A DNA stretch of 58,812 nt from contig JANOLP010000197.1 of assembly GCA_031419835.1 (NCBI GenBank), forward strand, positions 1 through 58,812. The letters run 5' to 3'. The translations under genes and the position numbers were made by a program. This DNA is from Pseudomonadota bacterium (GTDB taxonomy: Bacteria; Pseudomonadota; Gammaproteobacteria; Burkholderiales; JALYOK01). Below the pieces are notes generated by a model. That model ran no database searches. It was not told the DNA's origin and worked only from the letters and a program-made list of their open reading frames with translations. The stretch's first letter is position 1. Every line of letters starts with the position of its first letter. Positions 8,995 to 19,221 of this stretch are shown here, one piece after another.

Positions 8995-9699
8995 ATGGAA
9001 CAACGCATCGCAGTGGTCACCGGCGCCAATCGCGGCATCGGGCTGGAAATCAGTCGACAGTTAGCGAAGCGTGGCATTCGGGTTGTCGTCACGGCGCGTA
9101 GCGCGGCCAAGGCTGCGGGCGCATGCCAGAAACTAAAAGACGAAGGGCTTGATGTGGTGTACCACGCTTGCGATGTCACGGACACTACCGCCGTACAAAT
9201 TCTGCGCGACTTTATCAGAAAAAATTTCGGCGCCGCGGATATTCTGGTCAACAATGCCGGCGTCATGCTTGATCCGAAAGGCAGCAGCGCATCGGAAATG
9301 AGCCCCGACGTGTTGCACAACACCATGGCGACGAACGTTTACGGTCCCGCGATGTTGTGCCGCGCGTTGGTGCCGTTGATGAAGGAAAAAAACTACGGCC
9401 GGATCGTCAATCTTTCCAGTGGCCTTGGGCAGCTTAGCGCAAGCGGTCGCGGTACGCCGGCCTATCGCATTTCGAAAACTGCGCTGAATTCCTTCACCTG
9501 TGCGCTAGCCGCCGAACTTGCCGACACGAACATTCTGGTGAATTCCATGTGTCCCGGCTGGGTGAGGAGCGACATGGGCGGGCCGGATGCGCCACGTAGT
9601 TTGGAGGAGGGTGCTGATACTGCTGTGTGGCTTGCGACCTTGGGGGATGATGGTCCGCGTGGCGGATTTTTTCGCGACAAGCAGCCGCTAGCGTGGTAG
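8995..9699 (+). CDS. Short-chain dehydrogenase/reductase (carbonyl-reductase-like)
   Basis: TGANRGIG cofactor motif, NNAG, and catalytic YRISK. Confidence 0.85.
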   Translation: MEQRIAVVTGANRGIGLEISRQLAKRGIRVVVTARSAAKAAGACQKLKDEGLDVVYHACDVTDTTAVQILRDFIRKNFGAADILVNNAGVMLDPKGSSASEMSPDVLHNTMATNVYGPAMLCRALVPLMKEKNYGRIVNLSSGLGQLSASGRGTPAYRISKTALNSFTCALAAELADTNILVNSMCPGWVRSDMGGPDAPRSLEEGADTAVWLATLGDDGPRGGFFRDKQPLAW

Positions 9700-9828
9700 T
9701 TCTTTATGAATCGCGCCAATAGAATGGGCCTGAGAGCCAATACTGGCGCGGCGTTTCAGGCGTCTCTGGTAGGGTGCGCATCGCGCACCGAGCTATCTCT
9801 TTCCGACCAACCTATCCATCTGCCGCCA

Positions 9829-12003
9829 TCATTTGCCGTTCGAGAAAACAACTCCTGCCAGCGGCGGTAATTTGATCAACATCGAATGAGGTTGATCCAT
9901 CCATGCATGGTGTTGCGTCGCAACCCCGCCGCCATTATTGACGTTAGAACCCGAATAGAATATCGAATCGCTGTTCAGTAGCTCGGCATAGGTTCCTGCT
10001 TGTGGCACACCGATGCGGTAGTTCTCGCGTGGCACCGGCGTGAAATTCAGCGCAACGACGACGAACCGCCCGTGTCGCCCGCGACGAATGAAACTGATGA
10101 TGGATTGATCGGCATCGTGGCAATCGATCCACTGAAATCCTTCCTGGGCAAAATCGAGTTCGTGCAGCGCGGGATTTTCTCGATATAACTGATTGAGGTC
10201 CTTCGAGAGTTGTTTGACGCCACGCTGTAAGTCGAATTCGAGCAGGCTCCAATCCAGTTCGCGCTTCTCAGACCATTCGCGTCCTTGGCCGATTTCATTG
10301 CCCATGAAGTTGAGTTTTTTTCCCGGCGCGGTGGCGTGATAGGTCAATAGCAAACGTAGATTAGCGAATTTCTGCCAGGCATCGCCGGGCATTTTGTCGA
10401 GCAGCGAATATTTTCCGTGCACCACTTCATCATGGGAAAACGGCAGCACGAAATTTTCGCTATAGGCATAGAGTTGCCCGAAGGTCAGTTCGTTTTGATG
10501 GAAGCGCCGATAGATTGGCTCACGCGCGAAATAACGCAGCGTATCGTTCATCCAGCCCATGTTCCATTTCATCGAAAAACCCAATCCGCCCAGATAGGTC
10601 GGGCGCGACACGCCGGGCCACGCCGTGGATTCTTCGGCTAAGGTTAGTGCGCCTGGAAACTGCTCGTGAACCATGACGTTTAGCTCGCGCAGAAAATCAA
10701 TCGCGTCCAAATTTTCGCGTCCACCGAATTTGTTCGGTAACCATTCACCCGCTTTGCGCGAATAATCGAGATAAAGCATCGATGCGACGGCGTCGACGCG
10801 CAGGCCGTCGATGTGGAATTCCGACAGCCAATAGTGCGCGCTGGAAAGCAAGAAACTGCGCACCTCGTTGCGGCCATAGTTAAAAATATGCGTGCCCCAA
10901 TCTTGATGAAAGCCGAGACGCGGATCTTCGTGTTCGTAAAGCGCCGTGCCGTCGAAACGCGCCAGCGCAAAGTCATCGGTTGGAAAATGCGCAGGTACCC
11001 AGTCCAAAATCACGCCTATGTCGGCTTGATGGCAGGCATCTATGAAATAACGTAAATCATCGGGTGAGCCAAAGCGGCTGCTCGCGGCAAAATAACCGGT
11101 GGCTTGATAACCCCATGATTCATCCAGCGGATGCTCCGAAATCGGCAGCAATTCGATATGGGTGTAGCCCATTTCTTGTACATAGGGAATCAAATGCGTC
11201 GCGAGATCGCGATAGGTGTAGTTGCGGCCATCGTAGTGTTTGCGCCAGGACCCAACGTGGACTTCGTATATGTTGAGCGGTGCATGCAACCAATCCCAAG
11301 CTGCGCGTTGTTTGAACCATACTTCGTCTTGCCAATCGTACGGCTTTGCAGACACGACTCGTGTCGCGGTGCTTGGCCGCATCTCGAAGCTGTTTCCGTA
11401 AGGGTCACTCTTGACGAAAATTTGGCCGGTGCGGCGATTGCGAATCTCGAATTTATACAGAACCCCCACGGCAAGGCCGGGAATAAATAGCTCCCACACA
11501 CCACTCTCGCCATGACTGCGCATGGGATGAACGCGGCCATCCCAACGATTAAACTCGCCTACAACGCTAACCCGTCCGGCATTGGGTGCCCAAACCGCGA
11601 AGCGCACACCATCCACGCCATCGATCGAACTCGCGTGCGCGCCGAGGCTTCGGTAGGCTTGATGCAACTTTCCCGAATTGAATAGATAAAGATCATCTTG
11701 AGTTAATTGCGCGGGAAACGCGTAGGGGTCGTGGAAAACAACTTTGATGCCGTTTTCGTCGGCGATAAGTACCCGATCCTTCAATGCGGGCAGCGCGCCT
11801 TGCCACTCGAAAATTCCCGCCGGGTGAATGCGCGTTAAAGACTTTTCAATATTACCCACGCGCATTGAGACGCTTGTGGCATAGGGGCGAAATACTCGAA
11901 ACAAATAGCTATCGCGATGACGCTGTGGCCCCAACACAGAATGCGGATCATGGCTACGGGCGGTCAAAATACTATCGAAATCTACGGAGAGAGCGGTGAT
12001 CAA
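9829..12003 (-). CDS. glgB: 1,4-alpha-glucan branching enzyme
   Basis: 724 aa with GH13 branching-enzyme regions ([46 protein letters not shown]). Confidence 0.95.
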   Translation of the reverse strand: MITALSVDFDSILTARSHDPHSVLGPQRHRDSYLFRVFRPYATSVSMRVGNIEKSLTRIHPAGIFEWQGALPALKDRVLIADENGIKVVFHDPYAFPAQLTQDDLYLFNSGKLHQAYRSLGAHASSIDGVDGVRFAVWAPNAGRVSVVGEFNRWDGRVHPMRSHGESGVWELFIPGLAVGVLYKFEIRNRRTGQIFVKSDPYGNSFEMRPSTATRVVSAKPYDWQDEVWFKQRAAWDWLHAPLNIYEVHVGSWRKHYDGRNYTYRDLATHLIPYVQEMGYTHIELLPISEHPLDESWGYQATGYFAASSRFGSPDDLRYFIDACHQADIGVILDWVPAHFPTDDFALARFDGTALYEHEDPRLGFHQDWGTHIFNYGRNEVRSFLLSSAHYWLSEFHIDGLRVDAVASMLYLDYSRKAGEWLPNKFGGRENLDAIDFLRELNVMVHEQFPGALTLAEESTAWPGVSRPTYLGGLGFSMKWNMGWMNDTLRYFAREPIYRRFHQNELTFGQLYAYSENFVLPFSHDEVVHGKYSLLDKMPGDAWQKFANLRLLLTYHATAPGKKLNFMGNEIGQGREWSEKRELDWSLLEFDLQRGVKQLSKDLNQLYRENPALHELDFAQEGFQWIDCHDADQSIISFIRRGRHGRFVVVALNFTPVPRENYRIGVPQAGTYAELLNSDSIFYSGSNVNNGGGVATQHHAWMDQPHSMLIKLPPLAGVVFSNGK

Positions 12004-12031
12004 TGGGCGGTCGGCGAATGACTAATGTCGT

Positions 12032-12037
12032 TATAAT
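12032..12037 (+). promoter_or_regulatory. Candidate -10 box (TATAAT) upstream of glgC
   Basis: Perfect TATAAT 63 nt upstream of the glgC ATG in the glgB/glgC divergent spacer. No convincing -35. Confidence 0.3.
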
Positions 12038-12100
12038 ACGCAGATGTAACCCGGCCGTCAGCAACGCTTTCGAAATCCAATCAAACATCGCGGAGTACCG

Positions 12101-13402
12101 ATGGACAATAGTGGGCAAGGTAAAACCGAACAACCTTCAGGACGCTATGTCAGTCGACTAACAAAAAGTACTTTCGCGCTGATACTTGCCGGTGGCCGCG
12201 GCAGCCGGCTCGGACCGCTCACTGATTGGCGTGCTAAACCCGCGGTGCCGTTCGGTGGCAAATTTCGTATCATCGATTTTCCGTTGTCCAATTGCATCAA
12301 TTCCGGTATTCGCCGCATCGGCGTCGCGACACAATATAAGGCCCATAGCTTGCTGCAACATCTACAGCGCGGCTGGAGTTTTTTGGCCGGGCAGTTTAAG
12401 GAAAGCATCGAGCTGATGCCCGCGCAGCAGCGCCAAGGAGAGAGTTGGTATAAGGGCACAGCGGATGCGGTGTTCCAAAATATCGATATTATTCGCGATT
12501 ACGCGCCGGAGTACATTCTGATCTTGGCAGGCGATCATATATATAAGATGGACTACGGCAAAATGATCGCGCAGCACGTGCAACTGCAAGCGGATATGAC
12601 GGTAGCGTGCCTGGATGTCCCGCTTGCCGATGCCACGGCGTTTGGCGTCATGGCGGTGAATAGCGAGCAGCGTGTCATCGAATTTGCCGAGAAGCCGAAT
12701 AATCCGGCGCATATCCCCGGCGACCCGACGCGAGCGTTGGCGAGCATGGGCATTTATGTTTTCAACGCGGCTTTTTTGTACGAGCAACTAAAGCGTGACG
12801 CGGACGAACCGAAATCCAGCCATGATTTCGGCAAAGACATCATTCCCTATTTGGTCAATCGCTATCGAGTGTACGCCCATCGCTTCAGCGACAGTTTTGT
12901 GTCGGTGGATGGAAATAAGATTCCCTATTGGCGCGATGTCGGTACGATCGATTCCTATTGGGAGGCGAACATGGAGTTGTGCCGGGTCACGCCGGATCTG
13001 AATATGTACGATCGCGAATGGCCGATTTGGACCTATCAAGAACAGTTGCCGCCGGCGAAATTTGTGTTCGATGACGACAAACGCCGCGGCATGGCCGTGG
13101 ACTCGTTGGTTTCCGGAGGGTGCATTATTAGCGGTGCGTCAATTCGACGTTCGCTTTTGTTTTCTGATGTTCATGTTGGCAGTTACTCGGAGATAGAAGA
13201 TTCCGTCATTCTGCCTGACGTGCATATCGGCGAGAATGCGCGCTTGCGCAAAGTGGTGATCGACAAACGCGCTCGTGTTCCGGACGGTTTAGAAGTTGGC
13301 TTCGATATAGAGAATGATCGAAAGCGATTCTTTGTGACCGATAATGGCGTGACGTTGATCACCGCCGAAATGTTAGGCCAAGAAGTTCATCATGTTCGCT
13401 GA
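12101..13402 (+). CDS. glgC: Glucose-1-phosphate adenylyltransferase
   Basis: [42 protein letters not shown]-terminus and a left-handed beta-helix C-terminus. GGAG Shine-Dalgarno upstream. Confidence 0.95.
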   Translation: MDNSGQGKTEQPSGRYVSRLTKSTFALILAGGRGSRLGPLTDWRAKPAVPFGGKFRIIDFPLSNCINSGIRRIGVATQYKAHSLLQHLQRGWSFLAGQFKESIELMPAQQRQGESWYKGTADAVFQNIDIIRDYAPEYILILAGDHIYKMDYGKMIAQHVQLQADMTVACLDVPLADATAFGVMAVNSEQRVIEFAEKPNNPAHIPGDPTRALASMGIYVFNAAFLYEQLKRDADEPKSSHDFGKDIIPYLVNRYRVYAHRFSDSFVSVDGNKIPYWRDVGTIDSYWEANMELCRVTPDLNMYDREWPIWTYQEQLPPAKFVFDDDKRRGMAVDSLVSGGCIISGASIRRSLLFSDVHVGSYSEIEDSVILPDVHIGENARLRKVVIDKRARVPDGLEVGFDIENDRKRFFVTDNGVTLITAEMLGQEVHHVR

Positions 13403-13504
13403 TGATGTCTTGGAGCGCCAGCATTGGCGCGGTGCTTCGGGCGGTTTCGCGGTAGAGATTTTCTCCCCTTGACGGGGAAGGAGCAGTTTTGAAAACATAT
13501 ATTC

Positions 13505-15190
13505 ATGGTTGAACCCAAGCATCTCGAATTAATTCTTTGTTGGCACATGCATCAGCCGGATTACCGCGACCATACCAGCGGTGAGTTCGCGCTACCTTGG
13601 ACCTATTTGCACGCCATCAAAGACTACACCGATATGGCGTGGTATCTCGAGCAAATGCCAGGGGCGCGCGCGGTGTTTAATTTCGTGCCGATTTTGCTCG
13701 ATCAGCTCGAAGATTATGCGGATCAATTCGCGACAGATAGTTTTCGCGACCCGTTGTTGCGGTTGCTGACGAACCCCGATTTGGCAGCGTTGACCGCGAC
13801 CGATAGGGCGCTGATTGTCACGAATTGCTTTCGTTGCAATCAGGCGACGATGATCGATTCCTACCCGGCGTACCTGCGCTTGCAACGGGCGGCCGCAGAT
13901 TTTTCCGAAGACGACGGCGCCAATCTCGCCTATTTGTCGCCACAATATTTCGCAGATTTGTTGATGTGGTATCACCTGACGTGGCTCGGTGAAACGGTGC
14001 GCCGCGACGATCCGCGAATCGCGCTATGGTTGAAGCAGGGCAAGCATTTTTCCATCGAAGATCGCCGCGCCTTGCTCGAGCTTCTGGGCAAGCTCATCGC
14101 CAATTTGATCCCGCGTTACCGAGCATTGCAGGAATCGGGACGTATCGAGCTGTCGACCACGCCGCACTATCATCCGATCGCGCCACTGCTATTGGATTTC
14201 GCCAGCGCCCGCGACAGTTGGCCGGATGTGAATTTGCCGAATGGCGAAAATTACCCCGATGGTGCAGCGCGCTTGCGCTATCACGTGGACTCGGCGCGTG
14301 CCAGCCACAGCGCTAGATTTGGCGCGGCTGCGCAAGGCATATGGCCGGCGGAGGGCGGCCTGTCTCATTCTGCAGCCGGTGTATTTGCGAATGCGGGTTT
14401 TCGCTGGACCGCCAGCGGCGAGGCAGTATTGCGCCACAGCTTACGCGAGGCTGCCGGTGAGCGTGAACGATATTTATACCGGCCCTATCGGATCACGTCC
14501 GCCGACAGTTCGATTGTCGGATTTTTTCGCGACGATCGCCTGTCGGACAAGATCGGTTTCGAATACGCAAAATGGCTCGGTAAAGATGCGGCGCTGGATT
14601 TTATCCGCGAACTGGAGGGCATCGCCGATCGCGCGCCCAAGGGCGAAACGCCGGTCGTGAGCATCATCATGGATGGCGAAAATGCTTGGGAATATTATCC
14701 GTATAATGGATTTTATTTTCTGTCAGAACTCTACACCTTGCTCGCTGCACACCCGCGCATTCGCCTGACAACGTTCGGCGAAGCCGCGCAACGCGAATCG
14801 TTGACGAATCTCGCCCATGTTGCTGCGGGTAGCTGGGTTTACGGCACGTTTTCCACCTGGATTGGTGACCCGGCAAAAAACCATGCATGGGCGTTATTGT
14901 GCAGCGCGAAGCAGGCTTACGATCGCGAATTGGCGGGTGGAAATTTATCGGACGATGAGCGTAACGCCGCGGCACGCCAATTGGCGAGCTGTGAAGCGTC
15001 GGATTGGTTTTGGTGGCCGGGCGACTACAATCCCAGCGAGAGCGTGAAAAGTTTCGACGAACTATACCGGCGCAATCTCGCCAATTTGTATTCGTTACTA
15101 AAACTCCCCGCGCCGGAAATTTTGCGCGAGCCGCTCAGTTGGGGGGCAGCGCAGTCCGATTTGTCCGGCGCCATGCGGCGCGTTTCTTAA
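13505..15190 (+). CDS. Glycoside hydrolase family 57 protein
   Basis: CWHMHQPDY N-terminus, WPAEGG (nucleophile region) and IIMDGENAWEYY (acid/base region), typical of GH57. Confidence 0.85.
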   Translation: MVEPKHLELILCWHMHQPDYRDHTSGEFALPWTYLHAIKDYTDMAWYLEQMPGARAVFNFVPILLDQLEDYADQFATDSFRDPLLRLLTNPDLAALTATDRALIVTNCFRCNQATMIDSYPAYLRLQRAAADFSEDDGANLAYLSPQYFADLLMWYHLTWLGETVRRDDPRIALWLKQGKHFSIEDRRALLELLGKLIANLIPRYRALQESGRIELSTTPHYHPIAPLLLDFASARDSWPDVNLPNGENYPDGAARLRYHVDSARASHSARFGAAAQGIWPAEGGLSHSAAGVFANAGFRWTASGEAVLRHSLREAAGERERYLYRPYRITSADSSIVGFFRDDRLSDKIGFEYAKWLGKDAALDFIRELEGIADRAPKGETPVVSIIMDGENAWEYYPYNGFYFLSELYTLLAAHPRIRLTTFGEAAQRESLTNLAHVAAGSWVYGTFSTWIGDPAKNHAWALLCSAKQAYDRELAGGNLSDDERNAAARQLASCEASDWFWWPGDYNPSESVKSFDELYRRNLANLYSLLKLPAPEILREPLSWGAAQSDLSGAMRRVS

Positions 15191-15195
15191 AACTA

Positions 15196-15339
15196 AGGAA
15201 ACTCTGAATAAGTCCGATTTCGTCATGATCCTGCGTTGCGAACAAAAAATATCGCCTTACATATATTGCATATGCTGCGTCGATATTTTTTGTTCGCGCC
15301 TTGTCTCATTTAGAACTCGAACTTATTCAGAGCTTTCCT
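15196..15339. repeat. Nested palindromic intergenic element
   Basis: Outer arms 15196-15213/15321-15339 pair at 18 positions (right arm 19 nt, one bulged G). Inner perfect 17-nt arms 15238-15254/15281-15297. GCATATGC lies near the centre. Confidence 0.8.
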
Positions 15340-15350
15340 AAATAGAATTC

Positions 15351-17387
15351 ATGCAACCTTCGATTAAGCTTTTGCTTGGCGTCCACGCCCATCAACCGGT
15401 GGGTAATTTTCCCGAGGTGATTCACGATGCCCACGCCCGGTGTTACCGGCCGTTCATTCATACACTGAATGAGTATCCGCAGTTTCGTTTTGCGGTGCAT
15501 TTCAGTGGCTGGCTGCTGGAATTTTTGTTCCAACATCATCCGGACGATATGGCGCTGTTGCGCAAAATGGTGCAGCGCGGACAGGTGGAAATTTTTGGCG
15601 GCGGCGATACGGAGCCCATTCTTGCCGCGATTCCACATCGCGATCGCGTTGGACAAATCGTCACGTTGAGCAATCGCCTCGAACGGCAGCTCGCACAACG
15701 TCCGACCGGGGCTTGGCTCACCGAGCGTGTATGGGAAAGCACGGTGGTCCCCGCGCTTGCGGATACGGGGATCCGCTATGTCACGGTCGATGATTATCAT
15801 TTTCTCTGTACCGGCCGTACAGCTGCGGAGTTGAACGGCTATTTCACGACGGAAGAGGATGGCCGCCAACTCGCGCTATTTCCGATCTCCGAGCAATTGC
15901 GCTATCGCATTCCATTTGCGCAGGCAGATGACGTGGTGCACTATATCGAATCGCTCGCGGACGACAGCGGCAAGGCCGCAGCGATTTACTTTGACGACAT
16001 CGAAAAGCTCGGTATCTGGCCGGAAACCTTCGATTGGGTATACACCCGCGGTTGGCTGAAGCAATTCATCGAGGGCGTGCTAAGGTCAAATGTCATTCAA
16101 ACCAGTCATTACGCCGATTTTTATCGCGACGCGCCGACGCGCGGTATCGTTTATTTGCCGACGGCTTCCTACATTGAAATGAATGAATGGTCGCTACCGG
16201 CGCATGCGGCGAATCTTTACGCGGACGTCGTCGCCGAGCGCAAACTCAATCACCAATACGAAGAAAATAAGGCATTCATTCGTGGTGGCATTTGGAAGAA
16301 TTTTTTCAGCCGCTATCCCGAATCGAATTGGATGCATAAGCGCATGCTGCGATTATCGGAGCGGCTCGCACAACTTGCGCCTGAGCTATTGACGCCGAAG
16401 ATGCGAGTGCTGCTCTACCAAGCGCAAGCTAATGACGCTTATTGGCATGGCTTGTTTGGCGGGCTCTATTTGCCGCATTTGCGCCGCGCTCTCTATGCGG
16501 CGATGATAGAGCTTGAGGCACACCTCGATCGATCTGCGGCGCGTCCCGAACGTTATCAAGAAGATTTAGACAGCGATGGCCACATGGAGCTTTTCTTGCA
16601 CAATGACACGGTGCAAGCGGTCATTAATTTGGATGGCTCCGCGACGGTACGGGAATTCGATAGTTATTTCTTAAAACACAATTTCGTCGATACCTTGCGT
16701 CGCCAATCGGAGCATTATCGCCGCAAAATTCAAGCCGGTGAGGCGGGGGCTGCAGCGTCCGGCGGCATCGCCTCGGCTCACGATCGCGTCAGTTTCAAGT
16801 CACTAATCGTGCCGTCCGATCTTGTCATCGATCAACATGGCAAGGGGCTATTTCACGAGAAGCTTTATCCGAGCCATATCGGCTACGAAACCGTCGAGCC
16901 TCAATATTTATTGGTTTCCGAAGGTAATCGAAATTTGATTTTTACTACGGAAACCTACGGCGGAACGCTGTATAAAGAAATGCAGTTAGGTAAAAATAAT
17001 TTGAGCGTTGGCTATTCGTTTAGCCGTGAGATGCGCGGATTTTTAGAGGTTGAACTCAATCTGTCGATGCCCAGTTGCGATGGTCCCGCTGGGCGGTATT
17101 GGTTCCAGGGTTATTGCCCGGGCGGATTTGGCCAGCTTCACAAATTTACCGATGTAACCGAACTTGCACTGGAGGACGACGTGTTGCGCGGATCGTTGGT
17201 GCTGCAATCTAATCGTCCGCTAGCGCTTACGGCGCGGCCTTTCTATACCGTTTCTCAGTCGGAAGCCGGTTTTGAGAAAATCATGCAAGCGGTCACGCTC
17301 GTCATCCATTATCCGTTTTCGGCCGACGTTGATTCGTTACAGTTGAGCCTAGAGGTTTTTGCAAGCGAGTCGAATATTACGACTTAG
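15351..17387 (+). CDS. GH57 alpha-amylase/4-alpha-glucanotransferase-type protein with a C-terminal DUF1926-like domain
   Basis: GVHAHQPVGNF N-terminus, WLTERVWE and FDDIEKLGIWP GH57 catalytic regions. 678 aa. Confidence 0.85.
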   Translation: MQPSIKLLLGVHAHQPVGNFPEVIHDAHARCYRPFIHTLNEYPQFRFAVHFSGWLLEFLFQHHPDDMALLRKMVQRGQVEIFGGGDTEPILAAIPHRDRVGQIVTLSNRLERQLAQRPTGAWLTERVWESTVVPALADTGIRYVTVDDYHFLCTGRTAAELNGYFTTEEDGRQLALFPISEQLRYRIPFAQADDVVHYIESLADDSGKAAAIYFDDIEKLGIWPETFDWVYTRGWLKQFIEGVLRSNVIQTSHYADFYRDAPTRGIVYLPTASYIEMNEWSLPAHAANLYADVVAERKLNHQYEENKAFIRGGIWKNFFSRYPESNWMHKRMLRLSERLAQLAPELLTPKMRVLLYQAQANDAYWHGLFGGLYLPHLRRALYAAMIELEAHLDRSAARPERYQEDLDSDGHMELFLHNDTVQAVINLDGSATVREFDSYFLKHNFVDTLRRQSEHYRRKIQAGEAGAAASGGIASAHDRVSFKSLIVPSDLVIDQHGKGLFHEKLYPSHIGYETVEPQYLLVSEGNRNLIFTTETYGGTLYKEMQLGKNNLSVGYSFSREMRGFLEVELNLSMPSCDGPAGRYWFQGYCPGGFGQLHKFTDVTELALEDDVLRGSLVLQSNRPLALTARPFYTVSQSEAGFEKIMQAVTLVIHYPFSADVDSLQLSLEVFASESNITT

Positions 17388-18450
17388 CGGCTTGACGCTC
17401 ACCGTGTTGCGCAATCGCCCACCCCACATGTTCACGCACAATGTCTGACGAATCATCGCGCCGCGATTGCAGCGCTTCGATGACTGCGGGCGTCGAAGGC
17501 GCGTTACCTAAGCCCACCGCGAGATTGCGCAACCATTGTTCGTAGCCGATACGATGAATCGCGCTGCCGGCGAGGCGCACGGCAAATTCTTTCTCTGTCC
17601 ACGCGAATAACGTAACGAGTTCGGCATCATCCAGGCCATTGCGCACGCGAAAATCATTGTCGTCGGTTTTTTTTGCGAACTTGTTCCACGGGCAAACGAG
17701 CTGGCAATCGTCGCAACCGTAAACGCGATTGCCCATGGGCTTGCGAAATTCTTCCGGAATGCTGCCCTTGTGCTCGATGGTGAGATAGGAAATGCAGCGT
17801 CGGGCGTCTAGCACATAGGGCGCGACGATCGCGCCGGTCGGGCAGATGTCGATGCAGGCCTGGCAGGAGCCGCAATGGTTGCCGACGGGTTGATCGATCG
17901 GCAATGGCAGATCGATAAAAATTTCGCCGAGAAAAAATAATGAGCCGCCGCGCCGATCCAGCAGCAACGTATGTTTGCCGCGCCAGCCTAGTCCGGCTTT
18001 GACGGCTAATTCCACTTCCATTACCGGCGCGCTGTCGGTGAATACGCGCTGCTGAAATTCGCCGATTGCGGTTTCAATCTTTTCGGCGAGGCGTTTTAGC
18101 TTGCCGCGCAAAATTTTGTGATAGTCGCGGCCGAGCGCATATCTTGCAACAAACGCACGCTCGCCATCGGCCAAGACTTCCTCGCTGTCGCGAACAGCGG
18201 CGACGGAATAATCCTGGCGCACGCAGATCACCCGTAGCGTACCGGGCACGAGTTCGGCGGGCCGCGCGCGCTTTACGCCATGACGCGCCATATAGTCCAT
18301 CGTGCCGTGATAATTTTGTTCCAACCAGCGCAGCAATTTCTCTTCGGCATTACCAAGTTCGACATCGGCGATACCGACGGCGGAAAATCCGAGCTCGTTT
18401 CCCCAGGTCTTGATGTTTGTCGCCAGCTGATCGAGCATCGATGCGTTCAT
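17377..18450 (-). CDS. queG: Epoxyqueuosine reductase
   Basis: Two 4Fe-4S motifs (CGSCQACIDICP, CDDCQLVCPWN) and a HEAT-like C-terminus. ATG 18450 (or 18438) preferred over the 18612 extension. Confidence 0.85.
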   Translation of the reverse strand: MNASMLDQLATNIKTWGNELGFSAVGIADVELGNAEEKLLRWLEQNYHGTMDYMARHGVKRARPAELVPGTLRVICVRQDYSVAAVRDSEEVLADGERAFVARYALGRDYHKILRGKLKRLAEKIETAIGEFQQRVFTDSAPVMEVELAVKAGLGWRGKHTLLLDRRGGSLFFLGEIFIDLPLPIDQPVGNHCGSCQACIDICPTGAIVAPYVLDARRCISYLTIEHKGSIPEEFRKPMGNRVYGCDDCQLVCPWNKFAKKTDDNDFRVRNGLDDAELVTLFAWTEKEFAVRLAGSAIHRIGYEQWLRNLAVGLGNAPSTPAVIEALQSRRDDSSDIVREHVGWAIAQHGERQAAKS

Positions 18451-18631
18451 CGCGCCATCATAAACGAACCCAGCGTGTTGTCGTTCAATAGCTTGGGAGA
18501 TGCCTGGAGAGGCAATCGCGGTGCGGCTCTCCAGCCAGTCGCTATAGCATTGAAGCGCGCGCGTACGCGTAAGCATGATGTGAAAAAACAACATGCCACG
18601 GTTCTGGTGCAAAAAGCCATTGCGCCCTCGC

Positions 18632-18637
18632 TATAAT
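18632..18637 (+). promoter_or_regulatory. Candidate -10 box (TATAAT) 7 nt upstream of the tsaE ATG
   Basis: Perfect TATAAT. No Shine-Dalgarno between it and ATG 18645. Confidence 0.3.
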
Positions 18638-18644
18638 CGGCCGA

Positions 18645-19109
18645 ATGATCACCATTCATTTAGCCGATGAACAAGCCACGCTCAATCTGGGCGCGCATCT
18701 TGCCGATTTTGTGTCGCCAGGTTTGACGATATTTTTAAGCGGCGATTTGGGTGCCGGTAAGACGACCTTGGTGCGCGGTTTGTTGCGCGGATTGGGTTTT
18801 GAAGGGCGGGTGAAGAGTCCGACGTACACATTAGTTGAATCGTATTCAATTTCGAGTTTATACTTGTATCATTTTGATTTATATAGATTCAAACATGAGC
18901 AAGAATGGCTGGACGCGGGCTTCGACGAAATTTTCGATGGCCGCAATATTTGTTTGGTCGAATGGCCGGAACGGGCGATGAGTTTATTGCCGCGCGCCGA
19001 GGTTGAAATTAGTTTAGCGCTGGACGGTGAAGGCCGCAGCGTGAAAATCGAGTCATCGAAAATTGATATGGAAAAGTTTTGGAATTCATGGGCGGCACAG
19101 TTAACGTGA
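18645..19109 (+). CDS. tsaE: tRNA t6A37 biosynthesis ATPase TsaE
   Basis: GDLGAGKTTLVRGLLRGLG P-loop and SPTYTLVESY motif. 154 aa. Confidence 0.9.
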   Translation: MITIHLADEQATLNLGAHLADFVSPGLTIFLSGDLGAGKTTLVRGLLRGLGFEGRVKSPTYTLVESYSISSLYLYHFDLYRFKHEQEWLDAGFDEIFDGRNICLVEWPERAMSLLPRAEVEISLALDGEGRSVKIESSKIDMEKFWNSWAAQLT

Positions 19110-19136
19110 ATCTCTATCGCAAATTGTTGTGTGGGA

Positions 19137-19203
19137 GGTCGGAATGGTCTCCGACCCTCACCCTTGATCCCTCTCCCCGAGGGAGAAGGGGCGGGGATGA
19201 GGG
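19137..19203. repeat. G/C-tract REP-like hairpin element
   Basis: GGTCGGA/TCCGACC hairpin (19137-19156) followed by an imperfect palindrome CCCTCACCC...CCCTCTCCCCGAGGGAGAAGGGGCGGGGATGAGGG. Same class as 34366-34460. Confidence 0.7.
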
Positions 19204-19221
19204 CTGGCCGACGCAAGAATC

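Noticed and set aside
15225-15341. 38-codon Cys-rich ORF (MILRCEQKISPYIYCICCVDIFC...) inside the nested palindrome.
   Set aside because: The nearest Shine-Dalgarno-like AAGGAAA is about 25 nt upstream. The Cys richness comes from TGC/TGT within the palindromic arms. The palindrome itself explains the sequence better.
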